From positions 52,224 through 116,223 of the forward strand of contig BTUM01000017.1 in the NCBI GenBank assembly GCA_045863235.1: 64,000 nucleotides of DNA. Direction: 5' to 3'. The notes below the pieces were generated by a model. The model saw nothing but the letters and a program-made list of their open reading frames with translations. It did no database searches and had not been told where the DNA came from. The stretch's first letter is position 1. Every line of letters starts with the position of its first letter. Both the position numbers and the translations under genes were made by a program. Shown here piece by piece: positions 1 through 9,194 of the stretch. Source of the stretch: Candidatus Xenobia bacterium (GTDB lineage Bacteria > Vulcanimicrobiota > Xenobia > Xenobiales > QWHO01).

Positions 1-762
1 TGTCAGGATCCCCGCAAAGGGTATGCCCGCCATCAACATCACCAGACCCGACAGAATCGCCTGAATGAAGGCCACACCGATGACCCCGAGGGCTACGGCG
101 CGAATGGTCGCGGTGCAGAGCTCGAACAGCGGCGCGCCCCGCTCGGGCCCGGCCAGGCGTACGGCGATACGCCTGGCCGCTCGCGCGCCTGCGACTCCAT
201 AGGCCATGATGACCCCGGCTACGATGAAGGAGAGAATGAATCCCAGCACGCCGCCCCCCAAGCTGGCCAGCATCAGGAGGACCTTCTTGAGGGCCGTGCC
301 CAGCTCGGGCTGCATGCTCTGAAGCAGCCCGGGCAAGTCGTTCATTGCGCGCGTCCACAAATCGTGAAGCTGGTCGCCCAGGATGGGAATCCGGGTGAGA
401 CGGTCAGAGGGAGGCGGAATTTGCAAGGAATCGCTGTTGGCGGTCTGCACCAGCCCGCTGACCGACCCCGTCAGAGAGCTTGCCAGCACGACCGTCGGGG
501 CGACGATCAGCACCAGGCCGAGCAAGACCAGAACGGTGGAGGCTCGTCCCTGCTTCTGGCCCAGAGCTGCGGCCAGGCGCTGGTGCAGGGGATAGAGCGT
601 CACCGCCAGGATGAGCCCCCACAACATCAAGTTCATGAAAGGCGAGAAGATCGTGTAGCAGAAAGCGACCAGCCCCAGAATCGAGCCGAAGCGGATCAGC
701 ATCAACAGCAGTCTGGCAACCACTCGTTTCTCGATGTCGAGAAGCTCGTCACGTTCGAACAT
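1..762 (-). CDS. AI-2E family transporter (3' end truncated by window edge)
   Basis: Not in the ORF track. Manual translation from ATG 762 gives MFERDELLDIEKRVVARLLLML...FSPFMNLMLWGLILAVTLYPLHQRL...ATIRAVALGVIGVAFIQAILSGLGL, open to position 1, with the typical AI-2E/YdiK pattern. Confidence 0.85.
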   Translation of the reverse strand, partial: MFERDELLDIEKRVVARLLLMLIRFGSILGLVAFCYTIFSPFMNLMLWGLILAVTLYPLHQRLAAALGQKQGRASTVLVLLGLVLIVAPTVVLASSLTGSVSGLVQTANSDSLQIPPPSDRLTRIPILGDQLHDLWTRAMNDLPGLLQSMQPELGTALKKVLLMLASLGGGVLGFILSFIVAGVIMAYGVAGARAARRIAVRLAGPERGAPLFELCTATIRAVALGVIGVAFIQAILSGLVMLMAGIPFAGILT

Positions 763-847
763 GGTGCCCCTCTCTCGCGGCACGGGGCTCCATCTCCTCC
801 CTGTGGCCTCGAAGGGGGAGCGCCGGCCCAAAAAGAAGGGTGCCAGC

Positions 848-1264
848 ATGGAGCTGACCCCCGAACTGAGAGACTTCCTTGATCGGGCAAATTTTGCCCA
901 CCTGTGCACCCTGCGCGCGGACGGCGGGCCCAAGTCCGATCCGGTCTGGATTGGCCGGGAAGGAGACCGGCTGCTGGTCGGGACGGGAGAGGCGACCCCC
1001 AAGTGCCAGAACACTTACCGCGATCCCCGAGTGGCCATCTCGGTGGTGGACATGCAAAACCCCTACGAGGTGCTCCAGATGCGGGGTCGGGTGGTGGAGC
1101 ATCGCAACGACTCAGACCTGGTCATCATGGATGCCATCGCCGTCAAGTATACCGGACAGCCCTTTCCCTGGCGCAGTCCCGAGGGGCGGGTCGCGATGGT
1201 GATCGAGATCGAGCATGCCCGGCTGAACAGGCTGCCTTTTCAGCACAACCCGCAGAAGGTCTGA
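848..1264 (+). CDS. PPOX-class (pyridoxamine 5'-phosphate oxidase-like) flavin/F420-binding oxidoreductase
   Basis: AHLCTLRADGGP...PVW...K..NTYRDPRVAISV motif; ATG 848 follows an AAGAAGGG RBS-like sequence. Confidence 0.85.
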   Translation: MELTPELRDFLDRANFAHLCTLRADGGPKSDPVWIGREGDRLLVGTGEATPKCQNTYRDPRVAISVVDMQNPYEVLQMRGRVVEHRNDSDLVIMDAIAVKYTGQPFPWRSPEGRVAMVIEIEHARLNRLPFQHNPQKV

Positions 1265-1315
1265 AAGTGGGGTAGCAGCTGAAGGGTGAGCTGCCAGGTC
1301 GCGGAAGCATCCAGC

Positions 1316-2050
1316 ATGCTGGGCCTGCTCCCTCTTCTTCTCCTGGCTCTCTGGCTCTTCGCGCAATGGTCGAGCCGCTGGGGGGCGACCGACGAGGAGG
1401 TCCACCAGACAATGCCTGGAGACGAGTATCTCGCCGATCGCTCCGAGCGGCGGGTGGTGATGACCCGGGCCATCAACCTGAACGCCGAGCCGCAGGTCGT
1501 GTGGCCCTGGCTTGCCCAGCTCGGACGAGGGGCGGGCTACTACAGCTTCGATCTGCTCGACAATGGCGGGAAGGCCTCGGCCCGGCACATCGTGGGCTGG
1601 ATCCCCCCTCCCCGGCTGGGGGATGCCGCGGCCATCGGGTACCTTCGCCATCTCGAGCCTGAACGCGCCCTGGTGTGGTGGGTGAAAGGGCTGACCTGGA
1701 TGGGCGCCACCGCCCGGATGGTGATCGACATCCGACTCACTCCGACGCCCGCCGGGTCACGCCTGGTCATCCGCATCACCGGCCAGGCAGGCGGCCTCAC
1801 GGCAGCTCTGGCGCTGGGGCTCTTTCAGTTGATCGACGGCATCATGGCCATCCGCCAGCTGCTCGGCATCAAGCAGAGGGTGGAGCGTTACGGAGCTCGC
1901 ACCAGCGACCCGGAGAGACCAGAGACGGGACAGCGGGATCAGTACCAGCTCTTCGAGACCATCTATGCTTGCGGAGAGCGTTGCGGGGTGGCGGGGAAGG
2001 AGGATGCCGCTCGCTGGCGGCAGGCGGCTTTGGAGGATGGAGTGCTCTGA
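1316..2050 (+). CDS. Membrane-anchored SRPBCC-like hypothetical protein
   Basis: N-terminal hydrophobic helix, then WGATDEE...MPGD...TRAI.LNA.P..VWPWL.QLG.GAGYYS.D.LDN. Start uncertain (1286 or 1316). Confidence 0.6.
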   Translation: MLGLLPLLLLALWLFAQWSSRWGATDEEVHQTMPGDEYLADRSERRVVMTRAINLNAEPQVVWPWLAQLGRGAGYYSFDLLDNGGKASARHIVGWIPPPRLGDAAAIGYLRHLEPERALVWWVKGLTWMGATARMVIDIRLTPTPAGSRLVIRITGQAGGLTAALALGLFQLIDGIMAIRQLLGIKQRVERYGARTSDPERPETGQRDQYQLFETIYACGERCGVAGKEDAARWRQAALEDGVL

Positions 2051-2146
2051 TTCTGGACACGTTCGCCCGGGGCAAACCAGAGCCGGGCAACGAAAGACGG
2101 GAGACCGTGATTGGTCTCCCGTCTTTAGCTCGCCCGGGAGCGAAGG

Positions 2147-3136
2147 TTAGCCCTGAGGCAACCTCTGCTGGGGCGGATGGGCCGCCACCGGCATCGGAGG
2201 CATCATAGGCGGGGCCGGCTGCGCCGGCCGGTCAGAACCAGACGGGAGGCTGGAGAGCAGGTTGATCATCGTGTCAGCCCGTCCCCCGGCCGGGATGATC
2301 GTCAGGTCGGCCCCCTCGGCTTCGAGCAGCCGCTGGGTTTCCAGAATCTCGAACATGACCTGGACAATCTCGGGCTCTTCGGCGATTTCGTTGAGCGCGC
2401 CGCCCACGATCTGCGGACGCAGAGCCGCGGCTTTGGCGAACTCGACTGCAGCCTGGCGCTCGGCCGAGGAAGTGATCAAGTTGACCTGGTTGGCGCCGTC
2501 CTGTCGAATGGCGCTGGTGACCTGGCGCAACCGGGTGACCACCTTGATCTCGATCTCGCGCAGCATGCCGCGATCACGGAAGTGCACCTTGCGGATGTAG
2601 ACCGAGCCGACCTTGTAACCCCACTGGTGGGACTGAGGCGAAACCTCGGCCCGCACGGTGCGGCTCATCTGGTGGCGGTTTTCCAGCATGTTGGCCAGCT
2701 TCATATTGGACAGGCAGCGCACGGCCGCGCTCGAGACGCTGGCCCGCAGCGAGCCACGCGGATCGGTGTTCTTGAAGAGGTAATTGACGGGGTCGGAGAT
2801 GTACATCTCATACCACACGCCGATCCCCATCGGAGCTCCCTCCTCGGAGTTCACCGGCACGCCGCGCAGATACTCCTGATCAAGCCGCAAATCGACCACG
2901 TAGCACTTGCCGAAGAAGTTGATCAGCAGGGCGTCCAGGCCGAGCTTGGCGGGCAAGAAGTAGAAGCCAGGCTCGTCGATGGCGCCTTTGACCTGACCCC
3001 AGAGGGTGTAGATGCGGCAGGTGCGCTCCTGCACCACCACATAGAGGCCGAAGAACCGGGCGAAGCCCAGCAGCACCTCAACGCCGATGAAGAAGAAGAT
3101 GAAACTGGAGAAGGCGAAGCCGATCGTCTCACCCAT
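2147..3136 (-). CDS. SPFH/band 7 domain membrane protein
   Basis: N-terminal TM helix, EPG motif, SPFH core, Ala-rich coiled coil, Pro-rich tail; overlaps the upstream SPFH gene by 8 nt. Confidence 0.85.
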   Translation of the reverse strand: MGETIGFAFSSFIFFFIGVEVLLGFARFFGLYVVVQERTCRIYTLWGQVKGAIDEPGFYFLPAKLGLDALLINFFGKCYVVDLRLDQEYLRGVPVNSEEGAPMGIGVWYEMYISDPVNYLFKNTDPRGSLRASVSSAAVRCLSNMKLANMLENRHQMSRTVRAEVSPQSHQWGYKVGSVYIRKVHFRDRGMLREIEIKVVTRLRQVTSAIRQDGANQVNLITSSAERQAAVEFAKAAALRPQIVGGALNEIAEEPEIVQVMFEILETQRLLEAEGADLTIIPAGGRADTMINLLSSLPSGSDRPAQPAPPMMPPMPVAAHPPQQRLPQG

Positions 3137-4103
3137 GGTGGGCCTCCAGAATGACCCGGCGAGCTTTGCGCAGCAGGCCGAGTCGCAGATTCTTCACGTA
3201 GAGGGACAGGGCGTTGGGACCGTGCTTCTTCAAATCGCGCAGCTGCAGTGCCAGAGCTCGGAGCGGCTCGACCTCGGCCTGGGCGCGCAGGGTCTCGATC
3301 TCGACCGCGCGCCTGGACTGGACGATCTTCTGATCGGCCGAAGCCTGAGCCACGCTGATCTCGGAAGAAACGTGGTTGTGAGCGGTGTTGATGGCGGCCA
3401 GGGCCGAGTCGACCTCCTGGGGAGGGTCGATGCCGGTGATCAGGGCGTCCTCCAGGATAATGCCATAGCGATCTTCGGAGGCCTTGCACTCAGCCACCAT
3501 ATGGGCGTTGATGTCGCTCAGGTTCTTGCGCAGGTCGTTGATGGAGATGCCCTCGACGCGCTGCTCATGGTGCTCGCCACCCGGGATCATCGGCTCGCTC
3601 GGCGCTTCGAAGTTGGCGATCTTCTCGCGCAGAATCGAGTGGATGAAGCCCATGATGTGTGCCCTCGGGTTCTTGATCCCGAAGACGTAGCCGTAGAGGT
3701 TGTTCTCGGAGACTTTGTAGCGAATCTGACCGGTCAGGCCCACGTTGAGCTGGTCCTTGGTGACCGCTTCGAGCACTTGCCCGCCCTGATTGACGCTGGG
3801 ATCCTGGGGGTCGTAGCCGATACTGACCGTCTCCGTGGCGATGTTGACCTTATAGACCGACTCCCAGGGCATCTTGAAGTATGGTCCTCCGGGCGGGATG
3901 ATCTTGACCCGGGGGAAGTTGTAGCGCTCCATCTCCTCTTCGGTCAGATTGGCGCTGTCAATGGCCGGGCCTTCTCGTTCGGCCCGTCCCCACACAGTTT
4001 TCACGGCTCGCTCGTTCTGCTCGACCGTGTAGATTCCGAAGAGAACGTAACGGACGATGAACCAGCCGGCAAAACCGAGCATGATTCCTATCAAAGCACC
4101 CAT
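3129..4103 (-). CDS. SPFH/band 7 domain membrane protein
   Basis: TM helix, YTVEQNERAV, AVTKDQL, ITGIDPPQEV..A, coiled coil. Confidence 0.85.
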   Translation of the reverse strand: MGALIGIMLGFAGWFIVRYVLFGIYTVEQNERAVKTVWGRAEREGPAIDSANLTEEEMERYNFPRVKIIPPGGPYFKMPWESVYKVNIATETVSIGYDPQDPSVNQGGQVLEAVTKDQLNVGLTGQIRYKVSENNLYGYVFGIKNPRAHIMGFIHSILREKIANFEAPSEPMIPGGEHHEQRVEGISINDLRKNLSDINAHMVAECKASEDRYGIILEDALITGIDPPQEVDSALAAINTAHNHVSSEISVAQASADQKIVQSRRAVEIETLRAQAEVEPLRALALQLRDLKKHGPNALSLYVKNLRLGLLRKARRVILEAHHG

Positions 4104-4149
4104 ACTGGCCCCCTTTCCTTATGTTGAGGATAGAAGGCCGGTAGAGCCC

Positions 4150-5268
4150 CTATTCCTCGGGTATCCCTCTTTGCAGTTTGAGTCGATTGCCGATCAGCAC
4201 CTTCCAGGTGCCATCGGGTTGCATGCGCTCGAGATGGTTGACCATCCAGCTGCGCACCTCGCGTCCGTCGGGCTCGGTGACCACGATGTGGACCGCTCCC
4301 ACCCGGTAGGTATTGCCGTCGTAGACAATGTTGTGTTTGTCGTCCTCGGCGTAGACCACCGGGCCGCGCCACGAGGCGATGTTGTAATAGAAGGTCTGGG
4401 CATCTTGCAGCTTGACCTTGGCTCCCTTGGGCATCTCGCGAACGGGCTGAGCAGCCTTGGGGTAGACCTCGGTCTGCCAGATTCGTTTCTGAATCTGGTC
4501 GCTGAGCTGGTTGATCATGGAGTCCTGGGACCGGATCGCCTCGGGGAGTTGCACGGCCTGGCCAGGCGTGACCACGAAGATCTCCTTGTCGGCCAGGGCC
4601 GGCTCCTTGGTGGGGGCATAGGGAGACTTGCCCGTGCCGGAGGGAGACTTGCCTGGCGAGGGCGACTTGCTCGCACCCGGAGAAGGAGAAGGCGATGGCG
4701 ACCCGCTCGTCATCGTCATGGCCGGAATAGCCTCTCCCTTGAGCAGCGCCTCGGACTCGGCCGCCGCCAGGTAATCGAGGGCCCGGGTAGCCTCGGTCGA
4801 GTCGGGGGCCAGGTCGAGAACATTCTTGGCGTGAAAGTAGGCCTCCGAGTGCACCGAGGGTCCATCTTCCAGATTGCCCTTCGACAGCATCAGATAGAAC
4901 TGTACCTCGGCATCGTCCGGATTCTGCTCGGCCGCCTGCGACAGCAAAGGAAGAGCCTTCTCCCAGCCCTTCGCCAGGGCCAGGTCGACGCCTTTGCGTT
5001 TCAGCACGTCGTACTCGCTCAACGACTGACGCACAACCGGACCGTAATCTCCAGGCGTGTGCTCGGGACCGGTATATTGAGGGACCGGCGTGGGCGAAGC
5101 ACTGGCCGAAGGCGACGGCGAGGGGGATTTTGAGGGTGAAGCCTTGCTCGGTGTCGGCGATGGCGAAGGCGCCGGACTCGAGCCGCAACCGGCCGACCAG
5201 AGGCTGACAGCCAGGCACAGCGCGAGGGCAGATTTGGTCCACGGTCTTGCGAGCAAGTCTCTCTCCAT
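4150..5268 (-). CDS. TPR-containing lipoprotein with Ser/Pro-rich linkers
   Basis: Lipobox SAG-C; SPSPTPS repeats; TPR-like helices (A..LL.QA.EQNPDDAEV.FYL). Confidence 0.7.
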   Translation of the reverse strand: MERDLLARPWTKSALALCLAVSLWSAGCGSSPAPSPSPTPSKASPSKSPSPSPSASASPTPVPQYTGPEHTPGDYGPVVRQSLSEYDVLKRKGVDLALAKGWEKALPLLSQAAEQNPDDAEVQFYLMLSKGNLEDGPSVHSEAYFHAKNVLDLAPDSTEATRALDYLAAAESEALLKGEAIPAMTMTSGSPSPSPSPGASKSPSPGKSPSGTGKSPYAPTKEPALADKEIFVVTPGQAVQLPEAIRSQDSMINQLSDQIQKRIWQTEVYPKAAQPVREMPKGAKVKLQDAQTFYYNIASWRGPVVYAEDDKHNIVYDGNTYRVGAVHIVVTEPDGREVRSWMVNHLERMQPDGTWKVLIGNRLKLQRGIPEE

Positions 5269-5516
5269 TCCCTACCTCCCCAGATGCTTGGATGTCCTTC
5301 AAGATCGGCTCATCGCAATCCTGGCGACAGGTCGGGGTAACCAGGTCCTTCTTGTTCATACCCCGATTTTAACCGATCCTCAGGCCCACACTCGCCACAG
5401 CGCAGGCCCGGCAGAGAAAGAGACGCCAGAACTGAAGGACTTCTTCCACCTCTACAGATCAAATGCTCTGCTACTTGATGCAAAGTCCTCGAAGAGGGGA
5501 TCAACGCGCGGGCGCC

Positions 5517-6422
5517 TTATCGTCTCGTGGGTGGCTGAGCGCCCGACGTCAACTCGCCCAGATTCAACAGCGGCGTGGCACCCCCGGAGACCTTCGGGAG
5601 TTCCCCGTTCCACTTCTCGATCGCTTTCATCTGGGCCTCGATGGCTTTCAGGCGAATGATCTCGTCGTTGACGTTCTGGCGCAGCAGTTTCTGCTCTTCC
5701 GCCTGGCCCTGAGCGCGGGCCACGGTGGAGTCACGTTCGCCTTGCGCCCGGGTGATGGAGATTTCGGCCTCCTTCTTGGCCTGCTGCAACTCGTAGTTCT
5801 TCTTGAGCGCCTCCTGCTCGGCGACCTGTTTGGCCTCAATGGCGCGCGCGAACTCAGGCGAAAACTTGAAGTCGGTAATGGAGAAATCATCCACCAGAAT
5901 GTGAAACTTCTCCAGCCTGGAGGTCAGAATCTCTTGCGCCTTGTTCTTCACCTCGGGGCGCTTGGCGATGAGATCGGTGGCATTGTATTCTGCAGTGACG
6001 GCTTTGATGCTCTCCTGCACCGATGGCTCGATCAACTTGGCCCCATACTCGTCTCCGACTTGCTGGTAGGTGAGAGCGACGCGTTCCGGATCGAGGTGGT
6101 AGTTGATCACGACCTGGACGGCGACCTGCTGCAGGTCTTTCGAAGCGGCAGAAGCCTCCATCTGGCGCTTGTCGACCCGCACCGACATGGAATGGATGCT
6201 CTGAACCAGAGGCATCATGAAATGCAGGCCCTCACCCAGGTTCTTCTTGGTATCGACCCCTGAGAAAGTATTGAACACCACTCCGCGGTGACCGGCCGGT
6301 ACGATCGAGAAGGGCTTGAGAATCATGGCCGCGACCAGCCCCACAATGACGACGACCAACCAGAAAATGAACTTCAGCCCGGGCAGAACGCCCGGCTCTG
6401 AATCCTCCTTCGACCTGGACAC
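5517..6422 (-). CDS. Prohibitin family SPFH protein
   Basis: VPAGHRGVVF, GEGLHF, SKDLQ.V, F..AIEAKQVAEQ, IEKWNG.LP motifs. Confidence 0.92.
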   Translation of the reverse strand: MSRSKEDSEPGVLPGLKFIFWLVVVIVGLVAAMILKPFSIVPAGHRGVVFNTFSGVDTKKNLGEGLHFMMPLVQSIHSMSVRVDKRQMEASAASKDLQQVAVQVVINYHLDPERVALTYQQVGDEYGAKLIEPSVQESIKAVTAEYNATDLIAKRPEVKNKAQEILTSRLEKFHILVDDFSITDFKFSPEFARAIEAKQVAEQEALKKNYELQQAKKEAEISITRAQGERDSTVARAQGQAEEQKLLRQNVNDEIIRLKAIEAQMKAIEKWNGELPKVSGGATPLLNLGELTSGAQPPTRR

Positions 6423-6453
6423 AGCCTTGAAGACCTCCCTTTCGTAGTCTCCC

Positions 6454-6512
6454 TAAAGAAAACAAGAACCCGACCGGGTCTGCTGGAAGGATGCCAGCGC
6501 CGGGTCGGGCTC
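6454..6512 (-). terminator. Probable intrinsic terminator after the M20 hydrolase
   Basis: Minus strand: GAGCCCGACCCGG...CCGGTCGGGTTC stem followed by TTGTTTTCTTT. Confidence 0.55.
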
Positions 6513-6559
6513 GCGAGCCCGGGCGGGAGCCCGGAAACTCAACCAGATCATCTGGTCTG

Positions 6560-7777
6560 TCAGGGAATCAGGGCCGCGACAACGGCATAAAACTCGGTCG
6601 CCTTGACCACATCATCCAGGCTCACCGAATCGAGCACCGTGTGAGCGGTGACCTCATCACCCGGCCCGAAGCCGATCGAAGGAATCCCGGCCTTGCCCAT
6701 CCAGTAGGTCCCGTTGGTCGAGAAGCTCCATTTACTGCTGTCGGCGTGGTCGTAGCCGATGAGGTCACGGGCCCTCTGCCCGGCCTCGACCAGCGGATGA
6801 TCGGGATCCAGGGCCCAGGCCGGATAGTACTTGTCCACCGGGAAGACAAAGCCCGTGTAGCTGGGATCATCGTAGAAGAGCATTTCCACGGTAATGTCGC
6901 CCTTGGCCAGGTTCTCCTTGGGGATCAACCGGCGCACCTGCTCGATGGCCTCTTCGGCTGACTCACCGAAGGTGACCCGGCGGTCGATGTAAACGGTGCA
7001 CTCGTTAGGCACGGCGTTCAGGCTGGGGGTCACCACGTGCACGTCGCTCACGGTAATCTTGCCCTTGCCAAGGAACTCGTGGTCACCAAGCTGGGGCTCC
7101 ATCTTCGAGATGGCATCGATGATAGGCAATACCTTGTAGACCGCATTGTCGCCCAGGTGGTTGGAGGCGGCATGGGCGCTCTTCCCTTTGGCAACCACCT
7201 TCATCTCCACGCGACCTTTGTGGCCTCGATAGACCAGCATTTTCGTAGGCTCGCCCACGATGACGAAATCAGGTCGAATGCCTTCGTGCTCGACGAAGGC
7301 GTGGGGGGCGATTCCGTCGCACCACTCCTCCATGTTCCCAAAGTAGTACGCAGTCCAGCCGTCCAACAACCCGAGTTTCTTGGCGATGGCCAGGCCATAG
7401 ACCATGCCCGGCGTGCTGCCCTTCTCGTCGCAGGCACCTCGGGCATAGAGAATGCCGTCTTCCACCTTTCCCTGGAAGGGATCCCACTTCCATTCTGCGG
7501 GGTCACCTACATCCACCGTGTCGATGTGGCTGTCCATGACGATCTTGCGGGGACCGTCGCCGATCTGCCCGACGATGTTGCCCATGGAGTCAAACCAGGT
7601 CTTGTCAAAGCCCAGTTTCTTCATCTCGGCCTCGATGCGCAGGCCGACCTCCTTGATCTGGCAGCGCATGGAAGGGATGGCGCAAATCTCGCGCATGAAC
7701 TTGATGATGTCTTCTCGGTGCCTGGCGACCTCGCCTTGCACGGCAGCAACGTTGATGGGGGGTGCGGACTGAGGCAT
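6560..7777 (-). CDS. ygeY: YgeY-family M20 metallohydrolase
   Basis: DSHIDTV, RGACDEKG, MEEWCDG, GEPT, YRGHKGR, W.FSTNG, GFGPG.E..AH. Start set at ATG 7777 after a GAGG RBS. Confidence 0.8.
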   Translation of the reverse strand: MPQSAPPINVAAVQGEVARHREDIIKFMREICAIPSMRCQIKEVGLRIEAEMKKLGFDKTWFDSMGNIVGQIGDGPRKIVMDSHIDTVDVGDPAEWKWDPFQGKVEDGILYARGACDEKGSTPGMVYGLAIAKKLGLLDGWTAYYFGNMEEWCDGIAPHAFVEHEGIRPDFVIVGEPTKMLVYRGHKGRVEMKVVAKGKSAHAASNHLGDNAVYKVLPIIDAISKMEPQLGDHEFLGKGKITVSDVHVVTPSLNAVPNECTVYIDRRVTFGESAEEAIEQVRRLIPKENLAKGDITVEMLFYDDPSYTGFVFPVDKYYPAWALDPDHPLVEAGQRARDLIGYDHADSSKWSFSTNGTYWMGKAGIPSIGFGPGDEVTAHTVLDSVSLDDVVKATEFYAVVAALIP

Positions 7778-7842
7778 GGAAGTTTCCTCGTTTCTTGCAG
7801 GATGAGGCACTCGCTGGTTCCTTGAGCCGGCGGCCAGTTCCT

Positions 7843-8613
7843 TCAAACGTCCAGAACGGCCCAAACCGGGGTGTGATCGGAGGGCCGGGTCCAGCCACGA
7901 GGAGCGGTGTCGATGTCGCAGTCGGTGCAGTGCGCTGCCAACTCGGGAGTGGCCAGCAGGTGGTCGATGCGGAGCCCATCGTTTTTCTTGAAGGTACGAG
8001 GGCTGTAGTCCCACCAACTGTAGCGGCCGCTCTCGCTGTGATGAGAGCGAAAAAGGTCCCTCAGGCCCCACCTCTTCAGGGCCTCAAACGAAGCCCGACC
8101 GGCAGGGTGACAGAGCACGCTCTGGGCCCAGATATCGGGCCGGTAACAGTCGTTGTCCTCAGGGGCAATGTTGAAATCGCCTCCCAACAACAAACGGTCA
8201 GCGGGGGTGAATCGCTCCAGGTAATTGCGCAATCGACCCAACCAGGCCAGTTTGTACTCCCACTTCTCGCTGCCCACCGAAACGCCGTTTGGGACATAGC
8301 AGGAGATCACCTTGAGGCGCCCGTCGATGGTGGCCTGAAGAAAGCGCGCCTCTTCGTCAGCCGGGTCGCCGGGGAGGCTGCGCACCAAGTCGGAGGTGGG
8401 AAATCTGCTCACAATGGCCACGCCGTTGTAGGCCCGCTCGCCCACGGCCAGCGTCCGGTAACCGAGACCCTCCAGCTCGACCCAGGGGAAAAGATCTTCC
8501 TCGATCTTGGTTTCCTGCAACAACAGGACGTCGGTTCCGCTCTCCGACAACCAGCGCGACACGTGCTCAAGCCGAGCCCGAATCGAATTAACGTTCCAAC
8601 AAGCGATCTTCAT
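7843..8613 (-). CDS. xth: Exodeoxyribonuclease III
   Basis: WNVNSIRAR, LQETK, YNGVA, YVPNG, GDFNIAP, YSWWDY, GLRIDH, SDH motifs. Confidence 0.95.
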   Translation of the reverse strand: MKIACWNVNSIRARLEHVSRWLSESGTDVLLLQETKIEEDLFPWVELEGLGYRTLAVGERAYNGVAIVSRFPTSDLVRSLPGDPADEEARFLQATIDGRLKVISCYVPNGVSVGSEKWEYKLAWLGRLRNYLERFTPADRLLLGGDFNIAPEDNDCYRPDIWAQSVLCHPAGRASFEALKRWGLRDLFRSHHSESGRYSWWDYSPRTFKKNDGLRIDHLLATPELAAHCTDCDIDTAPRGWTRPSDHTPVWAVLDV

Positions 8614-8660
8614 GGAATGGTTCGCTCACGCATACGTTCCTCAGGTGTTGGGCGTTCCGG

Positions 8661-8746
8661 TCCGGCTGCGCGGCGCCCATACTGTGCTAGAAGCCCCGGC
8701 CGCCTCCAGACAACTTGTGACGGGGGCCACCACGGCCGGACTTCTA
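8661..8746. repeat. Repeat family B, partial copy
   Basis: TCCGGCTGCG..CGCC.CATA.TGTGCTAGAAG.CCGGCCG matches 26651-26695 and 36980-37023; closing inverted arm CGGCCGGACTTCTA at 8733-8746. Confidence 0.75.
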
Positions 8747-8754
8747 CAGTCCGG

Positions 8755-8875
8755 CGCATTGACTGTGCGATGAATTCTAAACAGGTAGAACTTCCTCGCA
8801 TCGCCCGTGCCACAACACTTTGGAAGCGGTTCGAAACAAGTTTCTCACCGCACGTTTCGTGGCACGGTCAATGCG
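8755..8875. repeat. Three ~20-bp REP-like units (two direct, one inverted)
   Basis: CGCATTGACTGTGCGATGAA (8755), CGCATCGCCCGTGCCACAA (8797), and the reverse complement of CGCATTGACCGTGCCACGAA (8856-8875). Confidence 0.65.
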
Positions 8876-8882
8876 ACGAAGT

Positions 8883-9194
8883 TTAGAGGTCGATGCGGTC
8901 TTCTTCCTCCTTGCCCTCCAACATCAGTTGGAAAGCTCGCAAGACCTTCAAGAGAAGTCGGCCCGGGCCGCTGAACTTCTTCTTCTCCAGCGTGTCGATG
9001 GTGGCATCCAGGTCATCGAGCATCGTGCGCAGCTCATTGGCCGCGCGCCCCCCTTGCAGGCCCGAAGTTTGGATGTCGAGCCGCAACTTGTAAGCTTCGT
9101 TCAAAGCTGCCTGCGTCTTGTTGAAGCGCACGAAAGTATTGACGCGAGCGTTACGCTCGCTGATCTCTGTCATGGTGATGGCGTCGAAACTCAT
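8883..9194 (-). CDS. Small helical hypothetical protein
   Basis: ATG overlaps the upstream TGA (ATGA coupling at 9191-9194); 103 aa. Confidence 0.65.
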   Translation of the reverse strand: MSFDAITMTEISERNARVNTFVRFNKTQAALNEAYKLRLDIQTSGLQGGRAANELRTMLDDLDATIDTLEKKKFSGPGRLLLKVLRAFQLMLEGKEEEDRIDL

